From positions 321,594,001-321,658,000 of the forward strand of contig OZ024743.1 in NCBI GenBank assembly GCA_964016885.1: 64,000 nt of DNA. The letters are read 5' to 3'. The stretch is from Eledone cirrhosa (lineage: Eukaryota). A model generated the notes under the pieces. The model was not told the DNA's origin. It worked only from the letters and a program-made list of their open reading frames with translations, and made no database searches. Positions 13,801 to 27,019 of this stretch are shown one piece after another; position 1 is the first letter of the stretch, and the number at the start of each line of letters is the position of its first letter. Both the position numbers and the translations under genes were made by a program.

Positions 13801-16800
13801 GTTGAAGTGGAGACACACAGCAACATTGTGTTGAAGTGGAGCCACACAGCAACATTGTGCTGAAGGGGAGCCACACAGCAACATTGTGTTGAAGTGGATC
13901 CACACAGCAACATTGTGTTGAAGTGGACCCACATAGCAACATTGTGTTGAAGAGGAGCCACACAGCAACATTGTTTTGAAGTGGAGCCACACAGCAATAT
14001 TGTGTTGAAGTCGAGCCACACAGCAACATTGTGTTGAAGTGGACCCACACAGCAACGTTGTGTTGAAGTGGAGTCACACAGCGCAACATTGTGTTGAAGT
14101 AGAGCCACATAGCAGCATTGTCCTGAAGTGGAACCACACAGCAACATTAGTGCTGAAGTGGAGCCACATAGCAACATTGTCCTGAAGTGGAGCCACATAG
14201 CAACATTGTCCTGAAGTGGAGCTACACAGCAACATTGCGCTGAAGTGGAGCTACACAGCAACATTGTGCTGAAGTGGAGTCACACAGTAACAATGTGTTG
14301 AAGTGGAGCTTCACAGCAACATTGTGCTGAAGTGGAGCCACACAGCAACATTGTGTTGAAGTGGAGCCACACAGCAACATTGTGTTGAAGTGGAGCCACA
14401 CAGCAATATTGTGTTGAAGTGGACCCACACAGCAACATTGTGTTGAAGTGGAGCCACACAGCAACATTGTGTTGAAGTGGAGCCACACAGCAACATTGTG
14501 TTGAAGTGGAGCCACACAGCAACATTGTGTTGAAGTGGAGCCACACAGCAACATTGTGTTGAAGTGGAGCCACACAGCAACATCGTGTTGAAGTGGAGCC
14601 ACACAGCAACATTGTGTTGAAGTGGAGCCACACAGCAACATTGTGTTGAAGTGGACCCACACAGCAACATCGTGTTGAAGTGGAGACACACAGTAACATT
14701 GTGTTGAAGGGGAGCCACACAGCAACATTGTGTTGAAGTGGAGCCACACAGCAACATTGTGTTGAAGTGGAGCGACACAGCAACATTGTGTTGAAGTGGA
14801 GGCCACACAGCAACATTGTGCTGAAGTGGAGCTACACAGCAACATGGTATTGAAGTGGAGCCACACAGAAAAATTGTGTTGAAGTGGACCCACACAGCAA
14901 CATTGTGTTGAAGTGGAACCACACAGCAACATTGTGTTGAAGTGGACCCACACAGCAACATTGTGTTGAAGTGGAGACACACAGCAACATTGTGTTGAAG
15001 GGGAGCCACACAGCAACATTGTGTTGAAATGGAGCCACACAGCAACATTGTGTTGAAGTGGAGCGACACAGAAACATTGTGATGAAGGGGAGCCACACAG
15101 CAACAATGTGTTGAAGTGGAGCCACACAGCAACATTGTTTTGAAGTGGAGCCACATAGCAACATTGTGTTGAAGTGGAGACACACAGCAACATTGTGTTG
15201 AAGTGGAGCCACACAGCAACATTGTGTTGAAGTGGAACCACACAGCGACATTGTGTTGAAGTGGAGCCACACACCAACATTGTGCTGAAGTGACGCCACA
15301 CAGCAACATTGTGTTGAAGTGGAGCCACACAGCAACATTGTGTTGAAGGGGACCCACACAGCAACATTGTGTTGAAGTGGAGCCACACAGCAACATTGTG
15401 TTGAAGTGGAGCCACACAGCAACATTGTGCTGAAGTGGATCCACACAGCAACATTGTGTTGAAGTGGAGCCACACAGCAATAGTGTGTTCAAGTGGAGCC
15501 ACATAGCAACATTGTGTTGAAGTGGACCCACACAGCAACATTGTGTTGAAGTGGAGCCACACATCAACATTGTTTTGAAGTGGAGCCACACAGCAACATT
15601 GTGTTGAAGTGGAGCCACACAGCAACATTGTGTTGAAGTGGAGCCACACAGCAACGTTGTGTTGAAGTGGAGCCACACAGCAACATTGTGTTGAAGTGGA
15701 GCCACACAGCAACATTGTGTTGAAGTGGAGCCACACAGCAACATTGTGTTGACGTGGAGCCACACAGCAACATTGTGTTGAAGTGGAGCCACACAGCAAC
15801 ATCGTGTTGAAGTGGAGCCACACAGCAACATTGTGTTGAAGTGGAGCCACACAGCAACATTGTGTTGAAGTGGACCCACACAGCAACATCGTGTTGAAGT
15901 GGAGACACACAGCAACATTGTGTTGAAGGGGAGCCACACAGCAACATTGTGTTGAAGTGGAGCCACACAGCAACATTGTGTTGAAGTGGAGCGACACAGC
16001 AACATTGTGTTGAAGTGGAGGCCACACAGTAACATTGTGCTGAAGTGGAGCTACACAGCAACATTGTGTTGAAGTGGAGCCACACAGCAGCATTGTGTTG
16101 AAGTGGACCCACACAGCAACATTGTGTTGAAGTGGAGACACACAGCAACATTGTGTTGAAGGGGATCCACACAGCAACATTGTGTTGAAATGGAACCACA
16201 CAGCAACATTGTGTTGAAGTGGAGCGACACAGAAACATTGTGATGAAGGGGAGCCGCACAGCAACAATGTGTTGAAGTGGAGCCACACAGCGACATTGTG
16301 TTGAAGTGGAGCCACATAGCAACATTGTGTTGAGGTGGAGACACACAGCAACATTGTGTTGAAGTGGAGCCACACAGCAACATTGTGCTGAAGGGGAGCC
16401 ACACAGCAACATTGTGTTGAAGTGGATCCACACAGCAACATTGTGTTGAAGTGGACCCACATAGCAACATTGTGTTGAAGAGGAGCCACACAGCAACATT
16501 GTTTTGAAGTGGAGCCACACAGCAATATTGTGTTGAAGTCGAGCCACACAGCAACATTGTGTTGAAGTGGACCCACACAGCAACGTTGTGTTGAAGTGGA
16601 GTCACACAGCGCAACATTGTGTTGAAGTAGAGCCACATAGCAGCATTGTCCTGAAGTGGAACCACACAGCAACATTAGTGCTGAAGTGGAGCCACATAGC
16701 AACATTGTCCTGAAGTGGAGCTACACAGCAACATTGTCCTGAAGTGGTGCTACACAGCAACATTGTGCTGAAGTGGACCCACACACCAACATTGTGCTGA

Positions 16801-19545
16801 AGTGGAGCCACATAGCAACATTGTGTTGAAGTGGAGCCACACAGCAACATTGTGTTGAAGTGGAGCCACACAACAACATTGTGTTGAAGTGGAGCCACAT
16901 AGCAACATCGTCCTGAAGTCAGGCCACACAGCAACATTTTGTTGAAGTGGAACCACACAGCAACATTGTGTTAAGTGGAGCCACACAACAATATTGTGTT
17001 GAAGTCGACCCACACAGCAAAATTGTGTTGAAGTGGACCCACACAGCAACATTGTGCTGAAGTGGAACCACACAGCAACATTAGTGCTGAAGTGGAGCCA
17101 CACAGCAACATTAGTGCTGAAGTGGAGCCACATAGCAACATTGTCCTGAAGGGGAGCCACACAGCAACATTGTGCTGAAGAGGAGCTACACAGCAACATT
17201 GTGCTGAAGTGGAGTCACACAGCAACATTGTGTTGAAGTGGAGCTTCACAGCAACATTGTGCTGAAGTGGTTCCACACAGCAACATTGTATTGAAGTGGT
17301 GCCACACAGCAACATTGTGCTGAAGTGGACCCACACAGCAACATTGTGCTGAAGTGGAGCCACACAGCAACATTGTGTTGAAGTGGAGCCACACAGCAAC
17401 ATTGTGCTGAAGTGGATCCACACAGCAACATTGTGTTGAAGTGGAGCCACACAGCAACATTGTGCTGAAGTGGAGCCACACAGCAATATTGTGTTGAAGG
17501 GGAGCCACACAGCAACATTGTGTTGAAGTGGAGCCACACAGCAACATTGTGCTGAAGTTGAGCCACACAGCAACATTGTGTTCAGGTGGAGCCACATAGC
17601 AACATTGTGTTGAAATGGAGACACACAGCAACATTGTGTTGAAGTGGAGCCACACAGCAACATTGTGTTGAAGTGGAGTCACACAGCGACATTGTGTTGA
17701 AGTGGAGCCACACAGCAACATTGTGTTGAAGTGGACCCACACAGCAACATCGTGTTGAAGTGGAGACACACAGCAACATTGTGTTGAAGGGGAGCCACAC
17801 AGCAACATTGTGTTGAAGTGGAACCACACAGCAACATTGTGTTGAAGTGGAGCGACACAGCAACATTGTGTTGAAGTGGAGGCCACACAGCAACATTGTG
17901 CTGAAGTGGAGCTACACAGCAACATTGTGCTGAAGTGGAGCCACACAGAAAAATTGTGTTGAAGTGGACCCACACAGCAACATTGTGTTGAAGTGGAGAC
18001 ACACAGCAACATTGTGTTGAAGTGGAGACACACAGCAACATTGTGTTGAAGGGGAGCCACACAGCTACATTGTGTTGAAGTGGAGCCACACAGCAACATT
18101 GTGTTGAAGTGGAGCGACACAGAAACATTGTGATGAAGGGGAGCCACACAGCAACATTGTGTTGAAGTGGATCCACACAGCGACATTGTGTTGAAGTGGA
18201 GCCACATAGCAACATTGTGTTGAAGTGGAGACACACAGCAACATTGTGTTGAAGTGGAGCCACACAGCAACATTGTGCTGAAGGGGAGCCACACAGCAAC
18301 ATTGTGTTGAAGTGGATCCACACAGCAACATTGTGTTGAAGTGGACCCACATAGCAACATTGTGTTGAAGAGGAGCCACACAGCAACATTGTTTTGAAGT
18401 GGAGCCACACAGCAATATTGTGTTGAAGTCGAGCCACACAGCAACATTGTGTTGAAGTGGACCCACACAGCAACGTTGTGTTGAAGTGGAGTCACACAGC
18501 GCAACATTGTGTTGAAGTAGAGCCACATAGCAGCATTGTCCTGAAGTGGAACCACACAGCAACATTAGTGCTGAAGTGGAGCCACATAGCAACATTGTCC
18601 TGAAGTGGAGCCACATAGCAACATTGTCCTGAAGTGGAGCTACACAGCAACATTGCGCTGAAGTGGAGCTACACAGCAACATTGTGCTGAAGTGGAGTCA
18701 CACAGTAACAATGTGTTGAAGTGGAGCTTCACAGCAACATTGTGCTGAAGTGGAGCCACACAGCAACATTGTGTTGAAGTGGAGCCACACAGCAACATTG
18801 TGTTGAAGTGGAGCCACACAGCAATATTGTGTTGAAGTGGACCCACACAGCAACATTGTGTTGAAGTGGAGCCACACAGCAACATTGTGTTGAAGTGGAG
18901 CCACACAGCAACATTGTGTTGAAGTGGAGCCACACAGCAACATTGTGTTGAAGTGGAGCCACACAGCAACATTGTGTTGAAGTGGAGCCACACAGCAACA
19001 TCGTGTTGAAGTGGAGCCACACAGCAACATTGTGTTGAAGTGGAGCCACACAGCAACATTGTGTTGAAGTGGACCCACACAGCAACATCGTGTTGAAGTG
19101 GAGACACACAGTAACATTGTGTTGAAGGGGAGCCACACAGCAACATTGTGTTGAAGTGGAGCCACACAGCAACATTGTGTTGAAGTGGAGCGACACAGCA
19201 ACATTGTGTTGAAGTGGAGGCCACACAGCAACATTGTGCTGAAGTGGAGCTACACAGCAACATTGTATTGAAGTGGAGCCACACAGAAAAATTGTGTTGA
19301 AGTGGACCCACACAGCAACATTGTGTTGAAGTGGAGCCACACAGCAACATTGTGTTGAAGTGGACCCACACAGCAACATTGTGTTGAAGTGGAGACACAC
19401 AGCAACATTGTGTTGAAGGGGAGCCACACAGCAACATTGTGTTGAAATGGAGCCACACAGCAACATTGTGTTGAAGTGGAGCGACACAGAAACATTGTGA
19501 TGAAGGGGAGCCACACAGCAACAATGTGTTGAAGTGGAGCCACAC
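10850..19545. repeat. Tandem duplication of a 4.3-4.4 kb block (copy 1 ~10850-15123, copy 2 ~15124-19545)
   Basis: The offset is 4273 in the first half (28-bp unit GTGTTAAGTGG at 12698/16971; GTGATG 11967/16240) and 4418 in the second half (GTGATG 13712/18130, 15079/19497). The 145-bp difference is five extra monomers at ~17270-17414. Confidence 0.9.
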
Positions 19546-22500
19546 AGCGACATTGTGTTGAAGTGGAGCCACATAGCAACATTGTGTTGAAGTGGAGACA
19601 CACAGCAACATTGTGCTGAAGGGGAGCCACACAGCAACATTGTGTTGAAGTGGATCCACACAGCAACATTGTGTTGAAGTGGACCCACATAGCAACATTG
19701 TGTTGAAGAGGAGCCACACAGCAACATTGTTTTGAAGTGGATCCACACAGCAATATTGTGTTGAAGTCGAGCCACACAGCAACATTGTGTTGAAGTGGAC
19801 CCACACAGCAACGTTGTGTTGAAGTGGAGTCACACAGCGCAACATTGTGTGGAAGTAGAGCCACATAGCAGCATTGTCCTGAAGTGGAACCACACAGCAA
19901 CATTAGTGCTGAAGTGGAGCCACATAGCAACATTGTCCTGAAGTGGAGCCACATAGCAACATTGTCCTGAAGTGGAGCTACACAGCAACATTGCGCTGAA
20001 GTGGAGCTACACATCAACATTGTGCTGAAGTGGAGTCACACAGCAACAATGTGTTGAAGTGGAGATCCACAGCAACATTGTGCTGAAGTGGAGCCACACA
20101 GCAACATTGTGTTGAAGTGGAGCCACATAGCAACATTGTGTTGAAGTGGATCCACATAGCAACATTGTCCTGAAGTCGAGCCACACAGCAACATTTTGTT
20201 GAAGTGGAACCACACAGCAACATTGTGTTGAAGTGGAGCCACACAACAATATTGTGTTGAAGTCGACACACACAGCAAAATTGTGTTGAAGTGGACACAC
20301 ACAGCAACATTGTGCTGAAGTGGAGACACACAGCAACATTAGTGCTGAAGTGGAGCCACACAGCAACATTAGTGCTGAAGTGGAACCACATAGCAACATT
20401 GTCCTGAAGGGGAGCCACACAGCAACATTGTGCTGAAGAGGAGCTACACAGCAACATTGTGCTGAAGTGGAGTCACACAGCAACATTGTGTTGAAGTGGA
20501 GCTTCACAGCAACATTGTGCTGAAGTGGTTCCACACAGCAACATTGTATTGAAGTGGTGCCACACAGCAACATTGTGCTGAAGTGGACCCACACACCAAC
20601 ATTGTGCTGAAGTGGAGCCACACAGCAACATTGTGTTGAAGTGGAGCCACACAGCAACATTGTGTTGAAGTGGATCCACGCAACAACATTGTGTTGAAGT
20701 GGATCCACACAGCAACATTGTGCTGAAGTGGAGCCACACAGCAACATTGTGTTGAAGTGGAGCCACACAGCAACATTGTGCTGAAGTGGAGCCACACAGC
20801 AATATTGTGTTGAAGGGGAGCCACACAGCAACATTGTGTTGAAGTGGAGCCACACAGCAACATTGTGCTGAAGTTGAGCCACACAGCAACATTGTGTTCA
20901 GGTGGAGCCACATAGCAACATTGTGTTGAAGTGGAGACACACAGCAACATTGTGTTGAAGTGGAGCCACACAGCAACATTGTGTTGAAGTGGAGTCACAC
21001 AGCGACATTGTGTTGAAGTGGAGCCACACACCAACATTGTGCTGAAGTGGCGCCACACAGCAACATTGTGTTGAAGTGGAGCCACACAGCAACATTGTGT
21101 TGAAGTGGAGCCACACAGCAACATTGTGTTGAAGTGGACCCACACAGCAACATCGTGTTGAAGTGGAGACACACAGCAACATTGTGTTGAAGGGGAGCCA
21201 CACAGCAACATTGTGTTGAAGTGGAGCCACACAGCAACATTGTGTTGAAGTGGAGCGACACAGCAACATTGTGTTGAAGTGGAGGCCACACAGCAACATT
21301 GTGCTGAAGTGGAGCTACACAGCAACATTGTGCTGAAGTGGAGCCACACAGAAAAATTGTGTTGAAGTGGACCCACACAGCAACATTGTGTTGAAGTGGA
21401 GACACACAGCAACATTGTGTTGAAGTGGAGACACACAGCAACATTGTGTTGAAGGGGAGCCACACAGCTACATTGTGTTGAAGTGGGGCCACACAGCAAC
21501 ATTGTGTTGAAGTGGAGCGACACAGAAACATTGTGTTGAAGGGGAGCCACACAGCAACATTGTGTTGAAGTGGATCCACACAGCGACATTGTGTTGAAGT
21601 GGAGCCACATAGCAACATTGTGTTGAAGTGGAGACACACAGCAACATTGTGTTGAAGTGGAGCCACACAGCAACATTGTGCAGAAGGGGAGCCACACAGC
21701 AACATTGTGTTGAAGTGGAGACACACAGCAACATTGTGTTGAAGTGGACCCACATAGCAACATTGTGTTGAAGAGGAGCCACACAGCAACATTGTTTTGA
21801 AGTGGAGCCACACAGCAATATTGTGTTGAAGTCGACCCACACAGCAACATTGTGTTGAAGTGGACCCACACAGCAACGTTGTGTTGAAGTGGAGTCACAC
21901 AGCGCAACATTGTGTTGAAGTAGAGCCACATAGCAGCATTGTCCTGAAGTGGAACCACACAGCAACATTAGTGCTGAAGTGGAGCCACATAGCAACATTG
22001 TCCTGAAGTGGAGCCACATAGCAACATTGTCCTGAAGTGGAGCTACACAGCAACATTGCGCTGAAGTGGATCTACACAGCAACATTGTGCTGAAGTGGAG
22101 TCACACAGCAACAATGTGTTGAAGTGGAGCTTCACAGCAACATTGTGCTGAAGTGGAGTCACACAGCAACATTGTGTTGAAGTGGTGCTACACAGCAACC
22201 TTGTGCTGAAGTGGACCCACACACCAACATTGTGCTGAAGTGGAGCCACACAGCAACATTGTGTTGAAGTGGAGCCACACAGCAACATTGTGTTGAAGTG
22301 GAGCCACACAGCAATATTGTGTTGAAGTGGACCCACACAGCAACATTGTGTTGAAGTGGAGCCACACAGCAACATTGTGTTGAAGTGGAGCCACACAGCA
22401 ACATTGTGTTGAAGTGGAGCCACACAGCAAGATTGTGTTGAAGTGGAGCCACACAGCAACATTGTGTTGAAGTGGAGCCACACAGCAACATCGTGTTGAA

Positions 22501-24849
22501 GTGGAGCCACACAGCAACATTGTGTTGAAGTGGAGCCACACAGCAACATTGTGTTGAAGTGGACCCACACAGCAACATCGTGTTGAAGTGGAGACACACA
22601 GCAACATTGTGTTGAAGGGGAGCCACACAGCAACATTGTGTTGAAGTGGAGCCACACAGCAACATTGTGTTGAAGTGGAGCGACACAGCAACATTGTGTT
22701 GAAGTGGAGCGACACAGAAAAATTGTGTTGAAGTGGAGCGACACAGAAAAATTGTGTTGAAGTGGACCCACACAGCAACATTGTGTTGAAGTGGACCCAC
22801 ACAGCAACATTGTGTTGAAGTGGAGACACACAGCAACATTGTGTTGAAGTGGACCCACACAGCAACATTGTGTTGAAGTGGAGACACACAGCAACATTGT
22901 GTTGAAGGGGAGCCACACAGCAACATTGTGTTGAAATGGAGCCACACAGCAACATTGTGTTGAAGTGGAGCGACACAGAAACATTGTGATGAAGGGGAGC
23001 CACACAGCAACAATGTGTTGAAGTGGAGCCACACAGCGACATTGTGTTGAAGTGGAGCCACATAGCAACATTGTTTTGAAGTGGATCCACACAGCAATAT
23101 TGTGTTGAAGTCGAGCCACACAGCAACATTGTGTTGAAGTGGACCCACACAGCAACGTTGTGTTGAAGTGGAGTCACACAGCGCAACATTGTGTGGAAGT
23201 AGAGCCACATAGCAGCATTGTCCTGAAGTAGAACCACACAGCAACATTAGTGCTGAAGTGGAGCCACATAGCAACATTGTCCTGAAGTGGAGCCACATAG
23301 CAACATTGTCCTGAAGTGGAGCTACACAGCAACATTGCGCTGAAGTGGAGCTACACAGCAACATTGTGCTGAAGTGGAGTCACACAGCAACAATGTGTTG
23401 AAGTGGAGATCCACAGCAACATTGTGCTGAAGTGGAGCCACACAGCAACATTGTGTTGAAGTGGTGCTACACAGCAACATTGTGTTGAAGTGGAGACACA
23501 CAGCAACATTTTGTTGAAGTGGAACCACACAGCAACATTGTGTTGAAGTGGAGCCACACAACAATATTGTGTTGAAGTCGACCCACACAGCAAAATTGTG
23601 TTGAAGTGGACCCACACAGCAACATTGTGCTGAAGTGGAACCACACAGCAACATTAGTGCTGAAGTGGAGCCACACAGCAACATTAGTGCTGAAGTGGAG
23701 CCACATAGCAACATTGTCCTGAAGGGGAGCCACACAGCAACATTGTGCTGAAGAGGAGCTACACAGCAACATTGTGCTGAAGTGGAGTCACACAGCAACA
23801 TTGTGTTGAAGTGGTGCCACACAGCAACATTGTGTTGAAGTGGACCCACACACCAACATTGTGCTGAAGTGGAGCCACACAGCAACATTGTGTTGAAGTG
23901 GAGCGACACAGAAACATTGTGATGAAGGGGAGCCACACAGCAACAATGTGTTGAAGTGGAGCCACACAGCGACATTGTGTTGAAGTGAAGCCACATAGCA
24001 ACATTGTGTTGAAGTGGAGACACACAGCAACATTGTGTTGAAGTGGATCCACACAGCAACATTGTGCTGAAGGGGAGCCACACAGCAACATTGTGTTGAA
24101 GTGGATCCACACAGCAACATTGTGTTGAAGTGGACCCACATAGCAACATTGTGTTGAAGAGGAGCCACACAGCAACATTGTTTTGAAGTGGAGCCACACA
24201 GCAATATTGTGTTGAAGTCGAGCCACACAGCAACATTGTGTTGAAGTGGACCCACACAGCAACGTTGTGTTGAAGTGGAGTCACACAGCGCAACATTGTG
24301 TTGAAGTAGACCCACATAGCAGCATTGTCCTGAAGTGGAACCACACAGCAACATTAGTGCTGAAGTGGAGCCACATAGCAACATTGTCCTGAAGTGGAGC
24401 CACATAGCAACATTGTCCTGAAGTGGAGCTACACAGCAACATTGTGCTGAAGTGGAGTCACACAGCAACAATGTGTTGAAGTGGAGCTTCACAGCAACAT
24501 TGTGCTGAAGTGGAGCCACACAGCAACATTGTGTTGAAGTGGTGCTACACAGCAACATTGTGCTGAACTGGACCCACACACCAACATTGTGCTGAAGTGG
24601 AGCCACACAGCAACATTGTGCTGAAGTGGAGCCACACAGCAACATTGTGTTGAAGCTGAGCCACATAGCAACATTGTCCTGAAGTCGAGCCACACAGCAA
24701 CATTTTGTTGAAGTGGAACCACACAGCAACATTGTGTTGAAGTGGAGCCACACAACAATATTGTGTTGAAGTCGACCCACACAGCAACATTGTGTTGAAG
24801 TGGACCCACACAGCAACATTGTGCTGAAGTGGAACCACACAACAACATT

Positions 24850-27000
24850 AGTGCTGAAGTGGAACCACACAGCAACATTAGTGCTGAAGTGGAGCCACAT
24901 AGCAACTTGTCCTGAAGGGGAGCCACGCAACAACATTGTGTTGAAGTGGATCCACACAGCAACATTGTGCTGAAGTGGAGCCACACAGCAACATTGTGTT
25001 GAAGTGGAGCCACACAGCAACATTGTGTTGAAGTGGAGCCACACAGCAACATTGTGTTGAAGTGGAACAACATAGCAACATTGTGTTGAAATGGAGCCAC
25101 ACATCAGTATTGTGTTGAAGTGGAGCGACATAGCAACATTGTGCTGAAGTGGAGCCACATAGCAACATTGTGCTGAAGTTGAGCCACACAGCAACATTGT
25201 GTTGAAGTGGAGCCACACAGCAACATTGTGCTGAAGTGGAGCCACATAGCAACATTGTCCTGAAGTGGAGCCACACAGCAACATTGTGTTGAAGTGGAAC
25301 CACACAGCAACATCGTGTTGAAGTGGAGCCACACAGCAATATTGTGTTGACGTGGAGCTATGCAGCAACATTCTGCTGGAGTGGAGCTACACAGCAACAT
25401 TGTGCTGAAGTGGAGCTACACAGCAACATTGTACTGAAGTGGAGTCACACAGCAACATTGTTTTGAAGTGGAGCTACACAGCAACATTGTGCTGAAGTGG
25501 AACCACACAGCAACATTGTGTTGAAGTGGTTCCACACAAAAACATTGTGTTGAAGTGGAGTCACACAGCAACATTGTGCTGAAGTGGAAGCACACAGCAA
25601 CATTGTGTTGAAGTGGAGCCACACAGCAACATTGTGCTGAAGTGGAGCCACACAGCAACATTGTGCTGAAGTCGAGCCACATAGCAACATTGTGTTGAAG
25701 TGGACCCACACAGCAATATTGTGTTGAAGTGGAGCGACATAGCAACAATGTGCTGAAGTGGAGCCACATAGCAACATTGTGCTGAAGTGGAGCCACACAG
25801 CAACATTGTGTTGAAGTGGAGCCACACAGCAACATTGTGCTGAAGTGGAGCCACATAGCAACATTGTGTTGAAGTGGAGCCACACAGCAACATTGTGTTG
25901 AAGGGGAGCCACACAGCAACATTGTGTTGAAGTGGACCCACACATCAACATTGTGTTGAAGTGGAGCCACACAGCAACATTGTCTTAAAGTGGAGCCACA
26001 CAGCAACATTGTGTTGAAGTGGAGCAACATAGCAACATTGTGTTGAAATGGAGCCACACATCAATATTGTGTTGAAGTGGAACGACATAGCAACATTGTG
26101 CTGAAGTGGAGCTACACAGCAACATTGTGCTGAAGTGGAGTCACACAGCAACATTGTTTTGAAGTGGAGCTACACAGCAACATTGTGCTGAAGTGGAACC
26201 ACACAGCAACATTGTGTTGAAGTCGTGCCACACAAAAACATTGTGTTGAAGTGGAGTCACACAGCAACATTGTGCTGAAGTGGAAGCACACAGCAACATT
26301 GTGTTGAAGTGGAGCCACACAGCAACATTGTGTTGAAGGGGAGCCACACAGCAACATTGTGTTGAAGTGGACCCACACAGCAACACTGTGTTGAAGTGGA
26401 GCCACACAGCAACATTGTGCTGAAGTGGAGCCACATGGCAGCATTGTGTTGAAGTGGAGCCACACAGCAACATTGCGCTGAAGTGGAACCACACAGCAAC
26501 ATTGTGCTGAAGTCGAGCCACATAGCAACATTGTGTTGAAGTGGAACCACACAGCAATATTGTGTTGAAGTGGAGCGACATAGCAACATTGTGCTGAAGT
26601 GGAGCCACATAGCAAGATTGTGCTGAAGTGGAGCCACATAGCAACATTGTCCTGAAGTCGAGCCACACAGCAACATTTTGTTGAAGTGGAACCACACAGC
26701 AACATTGTGTTGAAGTGGAGCCACACAGCAATATTGTGTTGAAGTGGAGCCACACAGCAAAATTGTGTTGAAGTGGACCCACACAGCAACATTGTGTTGA
26801 AGTGGACCCACACAGCGCAACATTGTGTTGAAGTAGAGCCACATAGCAGCATTGTCCTGAAGTGGAACCACACAGCAACATTAGTGCTGAAGTGGAGCCA
26901 CATAGCAACATTGTCCTGAAGTGGAGCCACATAGCAACATTGTCCTGAAGTGGAGCTACACAGCAACATTGTGCTGAAGAGGAGCTACACAGCAACATTG
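24850..27000. repeat. Diverged transition zone of the satellite containing a 24-monomer (696 bp offset) imperfect duplication
   Basis: Private variants include GGAAGCAC, ACAAAAACA (25536 and 26232), CTATGCAG, GTCTTAAAG and a 28-bp unit AGCAACTTGT near 24901. ORF left coordinates 25416/26112, 25445/26141 and 25561/26257 are all offset by 696 = 24 x 29. Confidence 0.65.
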
Positions 27001-27019
27001 TGCTGAAGTGGATCCACAC

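Larger units (their letters stand above)
1..24850. repeat. Satellite sub-domain L (left variant family, ~50-monomer ancestral higher-order unit)
   Basis: The diagnostic variant CAGAAACATTGTGATGAAGGGG has GTGATG at 1937, 3391, 5019, 6269, 9177, 11967, 13712, 15079, 16240, 18130, 19497, 22986 and 23919, and I did not see it further right. The 31-bp monomer reads GGAGTCACACAGCGCAAC here. Confidence 0.8.

Noticed and set aside
17270-17414. Nucleosome-sized quantisation of indels (5 x 29 = 145 bp)
   Set aside because: Other block differences are 1, 2, 7, 15 and 24 monomers, so there is no consistent 5- or 6-monomer step.
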